From positions 4,417 to 68,416 of IMG/VR virus record IMGVR_UViG_3300024999_000008: a stretch of DNA of 64,000 nucleotides, one strand, 5' to 3'. Under the pieces are notes generated by a model that saw nothing but the letters and a program-made list of their open reading frames with translations, made no database searches and was not told where the DNA came from. How positions within the stretch are numbered: position 1 is the first letter of the stretch; each line of letters begins with the position of its first letter. Both the position numbers and the translations under genes were made by a program. The stretch is from a virus. Of the stretch, positions 25,737 to 35,058 are shown piece by piece.

Positions 25737-26333
25737 ATGGCTAATCTTGATACTCCTTCCGGCTTTAAGCCGGTTAAGCATTTGAACGGGTCTCCCTGGA
25801 ACGGTCAGGCAAATGTTTATTACATTCCCAGTACTGATAATACTGCAACTTTTATTGGAGATGCAGTTAAAAGTGCTGGATCTGCAGATGCTACTGGAAA
25901 GTATCCTACGGTCGCCCAAGCTACTGCTGGTGCTGCAGTACGAGGTGTTGTAATTGCTTTTGGTGATAATCCTTATGTAATGACTCATCCTGATACTCCT
26001 AACCGCTCCTATCGGCCTGCTGCTACTGCAATGTACTGTCTGGTAGTTGATGATCCTCAGGTTATTTTTGAGGTTCAGGAAGATAGTGATGGTGCTGCTT
26101 TGGCCGCTACTGAAGTAGGTCTTTCGACTAACTTTATAGTTGGGTCTGGATCTACGACTACTGGCAAGTCTGCTATGGAACTCGATTCCAGTGATACTGC
26201 AACTGATGGTGCTGGTAATTGTAGACTTTTGCGGTTGGCTAATCGAGAAGATAATGAACTTGGAAATTATGCCAAGTGGGAAATTCTTTTCGGCGAGCAT
26301 GAGCTTGGACTTACTATTTCAACTGATGTTTAA
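25737..26333 (+). CDS. minor capsid / head decoration protein (putative)
   Basis: MANLDTPSGFKPV...FIGDAV...VVDDPQVIFEVQ; directly upstream of the MCP. Confidence 0.65.
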   Translation: MANLDTPSGFKPVKHLNGSPWNGQANVYYIPSTDNTATFIGDAVKSAGSADATGKYPTVAQATAGAAVRGVVIAFGDNPYVMTHPDTPNRSYRPAATAMYCLVVDDPQVIFEVQEDSDGAALAATEVGLSTNFIVGSGSTTTGKSAMELDSSDTATDGAGNCRLLRLANREDNELGNYAKWEILFGEHELGLTISTDV

Positions 26334-26385
26334 TTAGTTGCTTATTAACTTTGGCTATTTAATCATCATTTAAAGGAGCTTACAA

Positions 26386-27309
26386 ATGGGTATTATTACT
26401 ACTAGTAATTTTGCAAAAGATCTGGTGCCTGGTGTAAAGACTTGGTTCGGCCAGAAATATAAAGAGTATCCGATTGAATATTTGGACATCTTTGAAAAGG
26501 GTAACTCTACAAAGGCTTTCGAAGAAGAAGCTGGCGTAACTGGGTTCGGTCTTGCGGCTGTGAAGACTGAAGGTGCAGGGATTGCATATGATGAGCAAGA
26601 GCAAGGATTTGTTAGTCGCTATACTCATGTAACGTACGGCCTTGGGTTTATTATTACTCGGGAAATGTATGAAGATGGTATTGCAGTTACGGTTGCGTTG
26701 CGTCGTGCAAATGCACTGGCCTTCTCTATCCGACAGACCAAAGAGATTATTGGAGCGAACATTCTTAATCGGGCCTTTACTGCAGCTTATACTATGGGAA
26801 CTAATTCTGATGGCAAGGAGCTTTGTGCTACTGATCATCCGAACAAGTCTGGTGGAACTTGGAGGAATGAACTTACTACTGCCGCTGATCTTAGTGAAGC
26901 TGCTCTTGAGCAAGCTTGCATTGACATTGCTGCATTCACTACTGATCGTGGACTTAAGATCGCGATTATGCCTCAGAAGTTAATCATTCCTACTGCTCTT
27001 GAGTTTGATGCTATGCGGATTCTCGAATCTATTGGGCAGTCAGGCAGCGCGAACAATGATATCAATGCAATTCGGGCCTCGAAGAAGTTCCCACAAGGCA
27101 TCGCTGTGAATCATTACCTGACGGATAGTGATGCATGGTTTATTAAAACCAACTGTCCTGATGGCCTGAAGTATATGGAACGTCGGCCTGATGCGTTTGG
27201 GACTGAGAATGACTTTGATACTGAGAATGCAAAGTTCAAAGCAACATTCAGGGGCTCGTTTGGTTGGTCTGATCCGAGGGGAATTTTCGGAAGTCCGGGT
27301 GCTGCATAA
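26386..27309 (+). CDS. major capsid protein
   Basis: 307 aa; YTHVTYGLGFIITRE, DGKELCATDHP, PQKLIIP, NHYLTDSDAWF, SFGWSDPRGIFGSPGA. Confidence 0.9.
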   Translation: MGIITTSNFAKDLVPGVKTWFGQKYKEYPIEYLDIFEKGNSTKAFEEEAGVTGFGLAAVKTEGAGIAYDEQEQGFVSRYTHVTYGLGFIITREMYEDGIAVTVALRRANALAFSIRQTKEIIGANILNRAFTAAYTMGTNSDGKELCATDHPNKSGGTWRNELTTAADLSEAALEQACIDIAAFTTDRGLKIAIMPQKLIIPTALEFDAMRILESIGQSGSANNDINAIRASKKFPQGIAVNHYLTDSDAWFIKTNCPDGLKYMERRPDAFGTENDFDTENAKFKATFRGSFGWSDPRGIFGSPGAA

Positions 27310-27462
27310 TTGGTGTTCATTAAGTGAACAACCAAACTAGCACGTTCAACTGACCGTTCTTTGTGACGAGCTTAGAACGGTCTTAATAATGTGGGTAAAT
27401 GAAAGTTAAAATCTTTCAGGCACTTCTTTGAGATAAGAAGAATTGTCCCAGTGGAGGAAATT

Positions 27463-28401
27463 ATGGGCGTAACAAATTTTCCAAACGGCATTACATGTGA
27501 TACTTCCAGAAATAAATCTATGGCTTCAGGATCGATTGTTCCTGCATCTGGAACTGCTGGATACAATCCTGGCTGTACCTTTACTAAGACTGATGTAGTT
27601 CTTGGGCAAGCAGCTCAATGGGTAAATATGGGCACTGCTGCATCGTGCTTGTTTGTTCCTGTTGGTCCGACTTATGGTTATGGTATAAAGATAGCTGATG
27701 GTCCAATTGCTTCTGCCGGTGGAGATACTACGGAAGTTATATCTCGACCTAGCATGATTGTATCGACTGACATAGCTATTGTTGGGCATGAAGTAACGGA
27801 TGATAGTGATCAGATTGTTGCTGCAATTGCAACTGATAATACGATTACTATTACTGGGTCAGCTGATCCATCAACAGCTCATGGATATGATTTTGCAGTA
27901 TTGAGAAATAGATGTATTCCTGAGTGGGATATTGTAGCTGCTGGAACTCATACTACGGCTGGTGGTGCTGCTGCAGAAGCTATTACAGTTGCTGGTGTTT
28001 TAGCTACCGATATGGCTTTTGTTAATTATGGTGCAACAGATGACACTGACGTTATTACTAAAGTTGTATGTACAGCGAATACAATTACTGTAACCTGCTC
28101 TGCTGATCCTTCTACTGCACATAGTCTTCACTATGTTGTTATCAGACTTCGCGGGACGTTTAAGCCAAGTCATTATATTGCTTATGCTGGAAAGCATACG
28201 ACTGTTGGCGGGGCAGCAGCAGAAGCAGTAACAATAACTGGTGCACTTGCAACTGATATTCCAATAGTTATTTATCACACGACTAACGATACGGATAGCA
28301 TTCTTAAGGTTGTGATGACTGCTAATACCATGACTGTTACTTGCTCGGCAGATCCTAGTACTGCTCACGGATTTAGTTATATGTTGCTTCGAGCATATTA
28401 A
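27463..28401 (+). CDS. virion structural protein with three tandem ~80-aa repeats
   Basis: Repeats ending SADPSTAH (x3); Thr/Ala-rich. Confidence 0.7.
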   Translation: MGVTNFPNGITCDTSRNKSMASGSIVPASGTAGYNPGCTFTKTDVVLGQAAQWVNMGTAASCLFVPVGPTYGYGIKIADGPIASAGGDTTEVISRPSMIVSTDIAIVGHEVTDDSDQIVAAIATDNTITITGSADPSTAHGYDFAVLRNRCIPEWDIVAAGTHTTAGGAAAEAITVAGVLATDMAFVNYGATDDTDVITKVVCTANTITVTCSADPSTAHSLHYVVIRLRGTFKPSHYIAYAGKHTTVGGAAAEAVTITGALATDIPIVIYHTTNDTDSILKVVMTANTMTVTCSADPSTAHGFSYMLLRAY

Positions 28402-28408
28402 AAAAGAA

Positions 28409-28446
28409 CTTGTAATAATAAGGGAAACTTTATTATTACAGGTTTT
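28409..28446 (+). terminator. intrinsic terminator
   Basis: CTTGTAATAATAAGG-GAAA-CTTTATTATTACAGG-TTTT. Confidence 0.7.
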
Positions 28447-28496
28447 GTGTTAATATGAACTTCTCGTAACAATAATTAATTATATCGGAGAATATT

Positions 28497-28781
28497 ATGA
28501 GTATGATTATTCCTAAGCAAACAGCTGCTATGACTGCACGGAAATATTTTCCAGCACATTCGTTGCCAAAAACTGTTGCAGTTGCTGGCGTTCTTGTGGC
28601 AGAAACTATTGCAATAAATGTACTTGATGAAGCTGGTGTAGCTTTGGCTCTTTATGATGAGTTTGGCTCAGCAGTAACGATGACCGCTACCTCGCCACCA
28701 CTGAAGATTGACAGTCCCATCACCCTGCAATTTGTCAAGGGAGTAACCGCTAACGCAGTCGGTGTGCAACTGGTGGATTAA
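28497..28781 (+). CDS. small structural protein (putative)
   Basis: 94 aa, beta-rich, GGAG RBS. Confidence 0.6.
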   Translation: MSMIIPKQTAAMTARKYFPAHSLPKTVAVAGVLVAETIAINVLDEAGVALALYDEFGSAVTMTATSPPLKIDSPITLQFVKGVTANAVGVQLVD

Positions 28782-30082
28782 TGACTGTCGCTAAGAGTAT
28801 TTTTAAGCCGATATTTAAGAGTTATTCACGAAAGGGTATTGCTGGCAGCGAAGGTGGCATACCCGGCCTCCTATCTCTCTGGAACGCCAAGACTCCCACC
28901 ACCTGCCCAGTAGGGCCCCAAATCCAAACTTCAGTAGCAGGCAACCAGCCCGACGCCAACGGTAACATGGTCCCGTGGCCTGTCCTGCATCCTGGCAAAG
29001 GGGTGATGGTGCAGCCTGCGTATAGCAACCTGCTGCAGAACTCCAAGTTTGAGGGGGCTGTGAGTGGGTCGCCTGGGACTGCTCCTACGAATTGGTCGTT
29101 GGGGATATCAAGCGTTGCCCCCTACACGCTTACTGTGGGTGCAAACGGGTTACAGTACACCGCAACTGCATCTAGGATGTATCATTATCAAAATATCAAT
29201 GTTACAGCAGGGGCTCCGCTTTCCGCGAGAGTCAAGGCAGTCTGTGATGGAGTCTTAAACCTCAAAAATATATTCAGAATCGGTCTGGCTGGCGGGACAC
29301 CTGCATACACGGTTGATAACGTATCTGCACTTGATACGGCTGTTCCCTCGGCTGGAGAGCATATAATCAATATCACTGTAACCGGTGGAACCGCGACTGT
29401 TGCAAATTTTGTTTTTGGGGCAGGGGCTACGGAGACCGTCACAGGCACAGTAACCATCTCCAACCCCCAACTCGTAGCCTCCCCCTACCAAATGCCCTAC
29501 GCAGCATCAAGCGCAGGCGCAACCACCTCAGTAACCTCCACAGTAGCCACCAGCAGCAACAACGGGCTGGCGATACCGCTCTCCGCAGCTATGACCGCTG
29601 CACTGTCGGGGGGTGCGTTTACTGCTGCTGCATTGTGCTGGATGGGTGCTGAAACCACCAGTGCCGGAGGGGTATCGTTTTTGACCGTTAAAGATACTAT
29701 AAACGATTTACAATACGCAGTAAATAGCCTTACTTCAGCAAAAATAGTTAGAGCATATGATGGAACCACTGCGGCAAATGTTGACAACATAAATATTCAT
29801 ATCCCCTGGCCCCGTGGAGAAATCCACCTCCGAGTAGTCCAAACCAACGTAGCAAAAACTCAATACAGAGTAGGCTATCGCCGCTACACCTCAGCGATGG
29901 TGCCGATAGATGCAAATATAGTCTGGGGCAGTTGGACGAACTATGACGGCAGCATGAACCCCTTGACGCACCTGCGATTCGGCTACGGACTCACAGTGCC
30001 TATAGGCTTCTTGCAGACCCAACTGTGGGCGAAATCCGCGAGTGATGCTGAGATACTGCGGATAATGGGGTATGCATTATGA
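28781..30082 (+). CDS. putative fiber/spike or head-binding protein
   Basis: G/A/T-rich, NLLQNSKFEGA carbohydrate-binding-like start; higher GC than flanks. Confidence 0.55.
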   Translation: MTVAKSIFKPIFKSYSRKGIAGSEGGIPGLLSLWNAKTPTTCPVGPQIQTSVAGNQPDANGNMVPWPVLHPGKGVMVQPAYSNLLQNSKFEGAVSGSPGTAPTNWSLGISSVAPYTLTVGANGLQYTATASRMYHYQNINVTAGAPLSARVKAVCDGVLNLKNIFRIGLAGGTPAYTVDNVSALDTAVPSAGEHIINITVTGGTATVANFVFGAGATETVTGTVTISNPQLVASPYQMPYAASSAGATTSVTSTVATSSNNGLAIPLSAAMTAALSGGAFTAAALCWMGAETTSAGGVSFLTVKDTINDLQYAVNSLTSAKIVRAYDGTTAANVDNINIHIPWPRGEIHLRVVQTNVAKTQYRVGYRRYTSAMVPIDANIVWGSWTNYDGSMNPLTHLRFGYGLTVPIGFLQTQLWAKSASDAEILRIMGYAL

Positions 30083-30696
30083 GCGACTACGAATACATCT
30101 CGGGATTCTACATCTCGGACGCTCTAGGCTCCACGGTCATCAATGGGGTCAAACCTCTCAACGCCTGGCCAGTATGTGTCGCTGATGGGAAGCAGATAGT
30201 CAATTGCATCTGGAAGAAAGGTCAGTGGCCGACCCCGAATGCTGGAGAAATCACAGAGGCAATTGATAGTCTACCCGCTGCTACCTTGGCTGGAGTTGTG
30301 GCTAAAATCCTTGGGGAGACTCGGACTGGCATTGCCGACACTCCACAACTTTACGATATGTGGAAGCCGGGGATGGCTGTCAAGGTCGGGCAGATGCTGG
30401 TACATAATGTTACCACTGGCACAGGTGATACTCAGGTCAGCGAGCCAAAACTATTCAGAGTAGTTCAGGCTCATACTACTCAGGCAGATTGGCAACCTCA
30501 GAATGTACCAGCTCTTTTCGTGGTGGCTGCTCCTGCTGGAGTTATCCCTGATTGGGTACAGCCATTAGGTGCTCATGACGCGTATCAGATTGGCGATAAA
30601 GTTCGGTTCAACGGGAAGATTTATGAGAGCAAAATCAATGCTAATGTTTGGAGTCCAATCGCATACGCAGCAGGTTGGAAGGAAATAACGGCATGA
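30079..30696 (+). CDS. protein with CBM5/12 (chitin-binding type 3) modules
   Basis: LFRVVQAHTTQADWQP...WVQPLGAHDAYQIGDKVRFNGKIYESKINANVWSP. Confidence 0.8.
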   Translation: MSDYEYISGFYISDALGSTVINGVKPLNAWPVCVADGKQIVNCIWKKGQWPTPNAGEITEAIDSLPAATLAGVVAKILGETRTGIADTPQLYDMWKPGMAVKVGQMLVHNVTTGTGDTQVSEPKLFRVVQAHTTQADWQPQNVPALFVVAAPAGVIPDWVQPLGAHDAYQIGDKVRFNGKIYESKINANVWSPIAYAAGWKEITA

Positions 30697-30776
30697 ACCA
30701 CATAACCAACACCCTGCTCGTCATCCTCGCTATCGAACTGGCGGCGGTGCTGTGGTTGATTGCTGGGCCGATGTGA
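30693..30776 (+). CDS. 27-aa single-pass membrane peptide (not in ORF track)
   Basis: MNHITNTLLVILAIELAAVLWLIAGPM; ATGA overlap with the upstream stop. Confidence 0.45.
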   Translation: MNHITNTLLVILAIELAAVLWLIAGPM

Positions 30777-30792
30777 ATTTAAAGGAGAAACT

Positions 30793-31134
30793 ATGAAAAG
30801 ACTTTTGCTTATAATTCTACTGCTTGCCCTCGCTCCGACTTTCACCATTGCCGCCCCAGGTTGGCAGCGTAACCTGACTGTCGAGTGGGGCTACGAGCCG
30901 CCTGCCGATATGTCACATACTGGGTTCAAGCTCTATCAGGAAGGTGTAGCAGTCTGCACATGGGCCACAGCTATTGTCAGGATCGGCTCGTGCGATGTCG
31001 TGCTGGTGAAAAAGTCTACCTCGTTCACGCTGACAGCGACCTTCGCAGACGGGCAGGAGTCTCTGCACTCTGAGTCTTACGTGTTGAATGACTGGGGACC
31101 GAAACCGAGAATCATTTCTATCATTCCGAAATGA
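30793..31134 (+). CDS. exported fibronectin type III-like protein
   Basis: Signal peptide MKRLLLIILLLALAPTFTIA; LTVEW...GFKLY...FTLTA...ES. Confidence 0.65.
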   Translation: MKRLLLIILLLALAPTFTIAAPGWQRNLTVEWGYEPPADMSHTGFKLYQEGVAVCTWATAIVRIGSCDVVLVKKSTSFTLTATFADGQESLHSESYVLNDWGPKPRIISIIPK

Positions 31135-31346
31135 GCAAGTACGATAAAGATAAGGTTAGCCGGGCAAAGAATGCTTTGAGGGCTTGGATTCCAGAGAACA
31201 CAGACGGGTTTAATATTAATCATCTCGAAACTGATATTCTTGGACTGATGATTGACTTGCTGCATTTCGCTCGGCAGAAGAAGATGGATACTAAGGAATT
31301 GCTTGATCTTGCAGCACTGAATTTGGAACTGGAAATCGGTAAGTAA
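31131..31346 (+). CDS. hypothetical protein
   Basis: 71 aa, DLLHFA motif, coupled start. Confidence 0.6.
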   Translation: MSKYDKDKVSRAKNALRAWIPENTDGFNINHLETDILGLMIDLLHFARQKKMDTKELLDLAALNLELEIGK

Positions 31347-31368
31347 ACTTTACTTTTAGGGGGAAGAG

Positions 31369-31767
31369 ATGAAGAGACTTTTGGGAGTAGCCTTGGCTGT
31401 TGGCCTGTTGACAAGCTGTTCATTAAATTACAGTCCGACCGAAATCACATTCAATCAGAATACTGGCGGCGGAAACGGAACCATGAGGACCGATGCCAAA
31501 GGGCTTACGACCGCGATAACTCCCACTCAAGATGCCAGTGGATCGGCGGCTACCGAGGGAGCCATGGCCGCTCTTGGAGGCATTAAAGACGCAGTAGCCA
31601 ACTTCATTCCGGCGGTGACGACCACCGAAACTACTACGACAACTACACCTCTCCAGCCGGTGCCTGCAGCTACACCGACTGCTCCGACCTTCCCTGACGT
31701 TACTCCGCCGGCCGTTCCTGCAGAAGAGATCGCTGAGCCTGAAGGCCAGATCGAGGAGGTAGACTGA
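31369..31767 (+). CDS. lipoprotein with Pro/Thr-rich tail
   Basis: Lipobox MKRLLGVALAVGLLTS-C. Confidence 0.75.
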   Translation: MKRLLGVALAVGLLTSCSLNYSPTEITFNQNTGGGNGTMRTDAKGLTTAITPTQDASGSAATEGAMAALGGIKDAVANFIPAVTTTETTTTTTPLQPVPAATPTAPTFPDVTPPAVPAEEIAEPEGQIEEVD

Positions 31768-32549
31768 TGTTCCGCCTTATCCTGGGCATTGCTCTGCTCT
31801 GGGCAGTGCCGGCCGGCGCGGTGACCATCCCGCAGTCCCTGGATGAGTGTACAGCGCTCTGCGCTCAGTATTTTCCCGGAGAAACTGTAACACCTCCAAC
31901 TGATCCAGTTATACCATTGCCTGATGGAACAAAAGCATGCACAATGCCTATAACTTTTGAACGGGGTGCTGATCAGAATGGAGGAAAGCCAGCAGTATTG
32001 CTTCGTACTCTTCAAGATAGTGCAGTTATTTCTGTGATTGTGAATGGTGAAGTTGCTAGGCGAGGAGTACCTTATAAAGGATGTCCGGTTTATTTACTGG
32101 CCAATTCTGATTCACAATATTCTCGTCCACTACAAATTAGTGTTAAAACTTCTGATGGACAGACGTGTACTGCTAAGAGTGGAGCAGCACCTACAAATCC
32201 GACAGGAAACTATACTAATAAAGCTGAATATGATTCATATGGAGTTCGTAATGGTGGGCGACAAGCCTGGAGGATTAATAAGCGAGGAGATTCTCTCGGT
32301 TCAGGTCCAGTAAAATTTACTTTCTCAAATGGCCTTACATTTGTAGTGAAAGATCCGAATAAGAATTGTCGAGATAGAGAAGATACTTGCAATAGGGATT
32401 CTCGTGCAGAGAAAGATGGTTTTCTTTATAAGCCAGGTAATGGATTACCTAATGGCACAGGTGATGCAGACCGAGGTACATCACATGGTGGAATTTATCT
32501 TCATGCTCCATATGGAAATAGTAGCAAAAAAGTGTTGATGCAATGGTAA
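31767..32549 (+). CDS. exported Cys-containing protein
   Basis: Signal peptide MFRLILGIALLWAVPAGA; several Cys; Pro/Thr linkers. Confidence 0.7.
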   Translation: MFRLILGIALLWAVPAGAVTIPQSLDECTALCAQYFPGETVTPPTDPVIPLPDGTKACTMPITFERGADQNGGKPAVLLRTLQDSAVISVIVNGEVARRGVPYKGCPVYLLANSDSQYSRPLQISVKTSDGQTCTAKSGAAPTNPTGNYTNKAEYDSYGVRNGGRQAWRINKRGDSLGSGPVKFTFSNGLTFVVKDPNKNCRDREDTCNRDSRAEKDGFLYKPGNGLPNGTGDADRGTSHGGIYLHAPYGNSSKKVLMQW

Positions 32550-32561
32550 TTTGTAAACAGT

Positions 32562-32843
32562 GTGGATATAAATATACTGGTCCAAGATGTCCGATATGTA
32601 ATTATCCAAACGAAGACTGTGATTGAAAGTTGTCTTTACTTCCTGGAGGGAGATATGAGGGTGATTTCGGAAGACAGTTTGCAGTTGTTTAAGAAAAATG
32701 ATGAAGGTTTGCATTTTGTCAAGGATCGATATTGCAAAGAGCCTGGGCCATGCTTTTCATTTGATGATCACGGTAGAGCCGGCGTGAGTTGCGATCGGTT
32801 TCGTTACCAACCGACTGGGGTAAAATTATGTATCAAATTATAA
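32562..32843 (+). CDS. hypothetical protein
   Basis: 93-aa ORF; start uncertain. Confidence 0.4.
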   Translation: MDINILVQDVRYVIIQTKTVIESCLYFLEGDMRVISEDSLQLFKKNDEGLHFVKDRYCKEPGPCFSFDDHGRAGVSCDRFRYQPTGVKLCIKL

Positions 32844-33295
32844 TCTTATTTTTCTTATTAATTACTTCTGTTGCTTATGCTAAGCCAGCTACAGTTGTAA
32901 GTGTTACTGATGGTGATACAATCAAAGTAGTTGACAAGACTGGGCTAACAACTGTACGGCTTTATGGTATTGATTCTCCTGAGAAGAAACAATCATTCGG
33001 TCTTGCTGCTAAAGATTTTGTTGAAGTCATGATTAAGGGTAAGGTTGTTGATGTTGCACCTGTTGATGTTAAGCATTATGATCGTTATGGCCGTACAGTA
33101 GCTGTTGTAATGATAGGAACGCAATGTGTACAAGAGCAGCTTTTGCTTGCTGGATATGCCTGGGTTTATCCGCAATATTGCCGAAAGTCCTTTTGTCAAG
33201 CCTGGGAAAAGCTACAAGGGATTTCTGCTGGTAATAGAGTAGGTTTATGGGCTGGTCCTGCTCCAGTCCAGCCGTGGGTTTGGAGGAAGAAATGA
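32828..33295 (+). CDS. thermonuclease (SNase family), exported
   Basis: VTDGDTI, VRLYGIDSPE, DRYGRTVA, GYAWVY, GLW; N-terminal signal peptide. Confidence 0.9.
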   Translation: MYQIIILFFLLITSVAYAKPATVVSVTDGDTIKVVDKTGLTTVRLYGIDSPEKKQSFGLAAKDFVEVMIKGKVVDVAPVDVKHYDRYGRTVAVVMIGTQCVQEQLLLAGYAWVYPQYCRKSFCQAWEKLQGISAGNRVGLWAGPAPVQPWVWRKK

Positions 33296-33849
33296 ATTTT
33301 GTAAAGATTTCATATTGGGGGGCTGATCTTACTATTCCTGATTTTCTTGAATCTCTATGGCCTCATGATTTGCCTCCCGAGGCATGGCCAACATTCTGTG
33401 GTGCTGGTCAAGGTTGGGGAGATGCAATAGTGCCTGATAAGATAGGCAAGGTTTATCTCAATCCAGCAGGTCTTTGTCATGATGTTGAGTGGGCTTGTTC
33501 AGCCAAAAACCTAAGCGCATTTATGGGAGCGAATGGTAGGTTTTTTCTAAATTGTGTAGAGTTAGTTCTTGCTACTGATCTTGCTGTATGGCCTAAGATT
33601 AAGATGTTGACTTCGGTAACTGGGATATATTTGACAGCAGTTAGTACGATGGGAATCTTGTTCTTTTCATGGTTTACTAAGAATCGTAAAGAAGATGTTA
33701 ATCCATTGGAGAATCCTACTGTGAAAGATCGACTGAAGAGGCTAGCTACAGCGAGGAATAATTATTGGGCAAAAATTCTTGCTTCCAGATTACCTGATAA
33801 TGAAGATGGTCTTTATAGAGCCGACGAGAAAGGAGAAATGAATGGTTGA
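33292..33849 (+). CDS. hypothetical protein, DUF1353/phospholipase A2-like HD motif
   Basis: CGAG...VPD...LCHDVEW...ANGRF; hydrophobic segment near the C-terminus. Confidence 0.4.
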   Translation: MNFVKISYWGADLTIPDFLESLWPHDLPPEAWPTFCGAGQGWGDAIVPDKIGKVYLNPAGLCHDVEWACSAKNLSAFMGANGRFFLNCVELVLATDLAVWPKIKMLTSVTGIYLTAVSTMGILFFSWFTKNRKEDVNPLENPTVKDRLKRLATARNNYWAKILASRLPDNEDGLYRADEKGEMNG

Positions 33850-34336
33850 GACAAGCGGATTCCTAGCACTTGCCGCTGTGGTCGGAGTTTTAGTGGGATG
33901 GGGGCTTTCATTAATCAGTTTGGGAAGTAAAATTCAAAGAGAGAAGGAAGCAATAGCTAGAAATAAGGAACGAGTGGATGAGCAGGACAAAAAGATTGCA
34001 GAACTTACTCAAAAACTTGACGACCTTAACATAGCACGAGCTTCTATTTCACAACTTAATTCGGAAATGGGGGCACATGCTAGTGATATCGCTGAACTCA
34101 GAGCTGCAATTAAAGATGTTCTTAATCTCTTTAAATTAGCTGATGGTGAACCAAGGTTTATTACTCGTCCAGCTTGTTTGGGAATGCAGCAAAATTGCCA
34201 TGAACTTTCTACTGAACGAGATATTGCAAGTAAAGTGCGGTTTGGTAATCTGGAGAAATCAATCGCTGATCTAAGAGATGCTCAAGAAAGTAACTTAGCA
34301 TTACTCATTAACGAAATTCGTAAGGTACAAGCATGA
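33842..34336 (+). CDS. membrane-anchored coiled-coil protein (holin/spanin-like candidate)
   Basis: N-terminal TM FLALAAVVGVLVGWGLSLI, then coiled-coil. Confidence 0.55.
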   Translation: MVETSGFLALAAVVGVLVGWGLSLISLGSKIQREKEAIARNKERVDEQDKKIAELTQKLDDLNIARASISQLNSEMGAHASDIAELRAAIKDVLNLFKLADGEPRFITRPACLGMQQNCHELSTERDIASKVRFGNLEKSIADLRDAQESNLALLINEIRKVQA

Positions 34337-35058
34337 TACTTAAAGATGGCAGTGAAACTCAAGATCCTCGTTGTGGCCTTATCTTTCAGCCTGATCCTAC
34401 TGCTCCAAATCTTCTCACAGTTTCACCGATTGATGAAGGTATTGATTTACGATATCGAGAATTAATTAGCAAATATCGAGTAAAGAAATTCAAAGATCCT
34501 TTGCTTAATCAAGGTGATTGGAGTGCTTGTGGTGGATTTGGATTTGCAGCCTTTCTTGAACATGAGCCTGGAATAAGAACTCTTGGAGATGAATGGGCGC
34601 TTGAGTTTTATTTCAGGTGTCAAGATAATGATCAGTGGCCAGGCTCTGAACGACCTGGATCGAAGCCAATTAGTTATGGCACATCACTTGCAGCAGTGAT
34701 GCAGACTGCTAAGCAAGAAGGCTTAATTGAGTCCTATTGTCGAGCAAGAACTGTTGATGAAGTTATTCGTGGCATTGATTATTATGGTTCAGCAATTCTT
34801 GGGCTGGAATGGACCGAGGGTATGATGTATCCTCGTGAAGTAGACGGACTAAGTACTCCAGGTGGTGAGGTTGTTGGTGGCCACTGTACGGCTGGAACAT
34901 TTATTAATTTGCATCAAAACATTATTGGTGGTCCAAACTCATGGCCGGATTGGAACTTGTTGCGTAATGGCTACTGGGTGATGGACCTTGATGATTTTGC
35001 AGAAGTATTCATGAAACGCGGTGGTGAGTGTGCGTTTGCCAGGAAGGCAGTAATATGA
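34333..35058 (+). CDS. papain-like (C1) cysteine peptidase
   Basis: NQGDWSACGGF (Q...C), GGHC (H), NSW (N), GYW. Confidence 0.8.
   Translation: MILKDGSETQDPRCGLIFQPDPTAPNLLTVSPIDEGIDLRYRELISKYRVKKFKDPLLNQGDWSACGGFGFAAFLEHEPGIRTLGDEWALEFYFRCQDNDQWPGSERPGSKPISYGTSLAAVMQTAKQEGLIESYCRARTVDEVIRGIDYYGSAILGLEWTEGMMYPREVDGLSTPGGEVVGGHCTAGTFINLHQNIIGGPNSWPDWNLLRNGYWVMDLDDFAEVFMKRGGECAFARKAVI

Noticed and set aside
25713-26913. Long minus-strand ORFs (195 and 177 aa) opposite the capsid genes
   Set aside because: Ser/Ile-rich antisense shadows caused by codon bias of the real genes.
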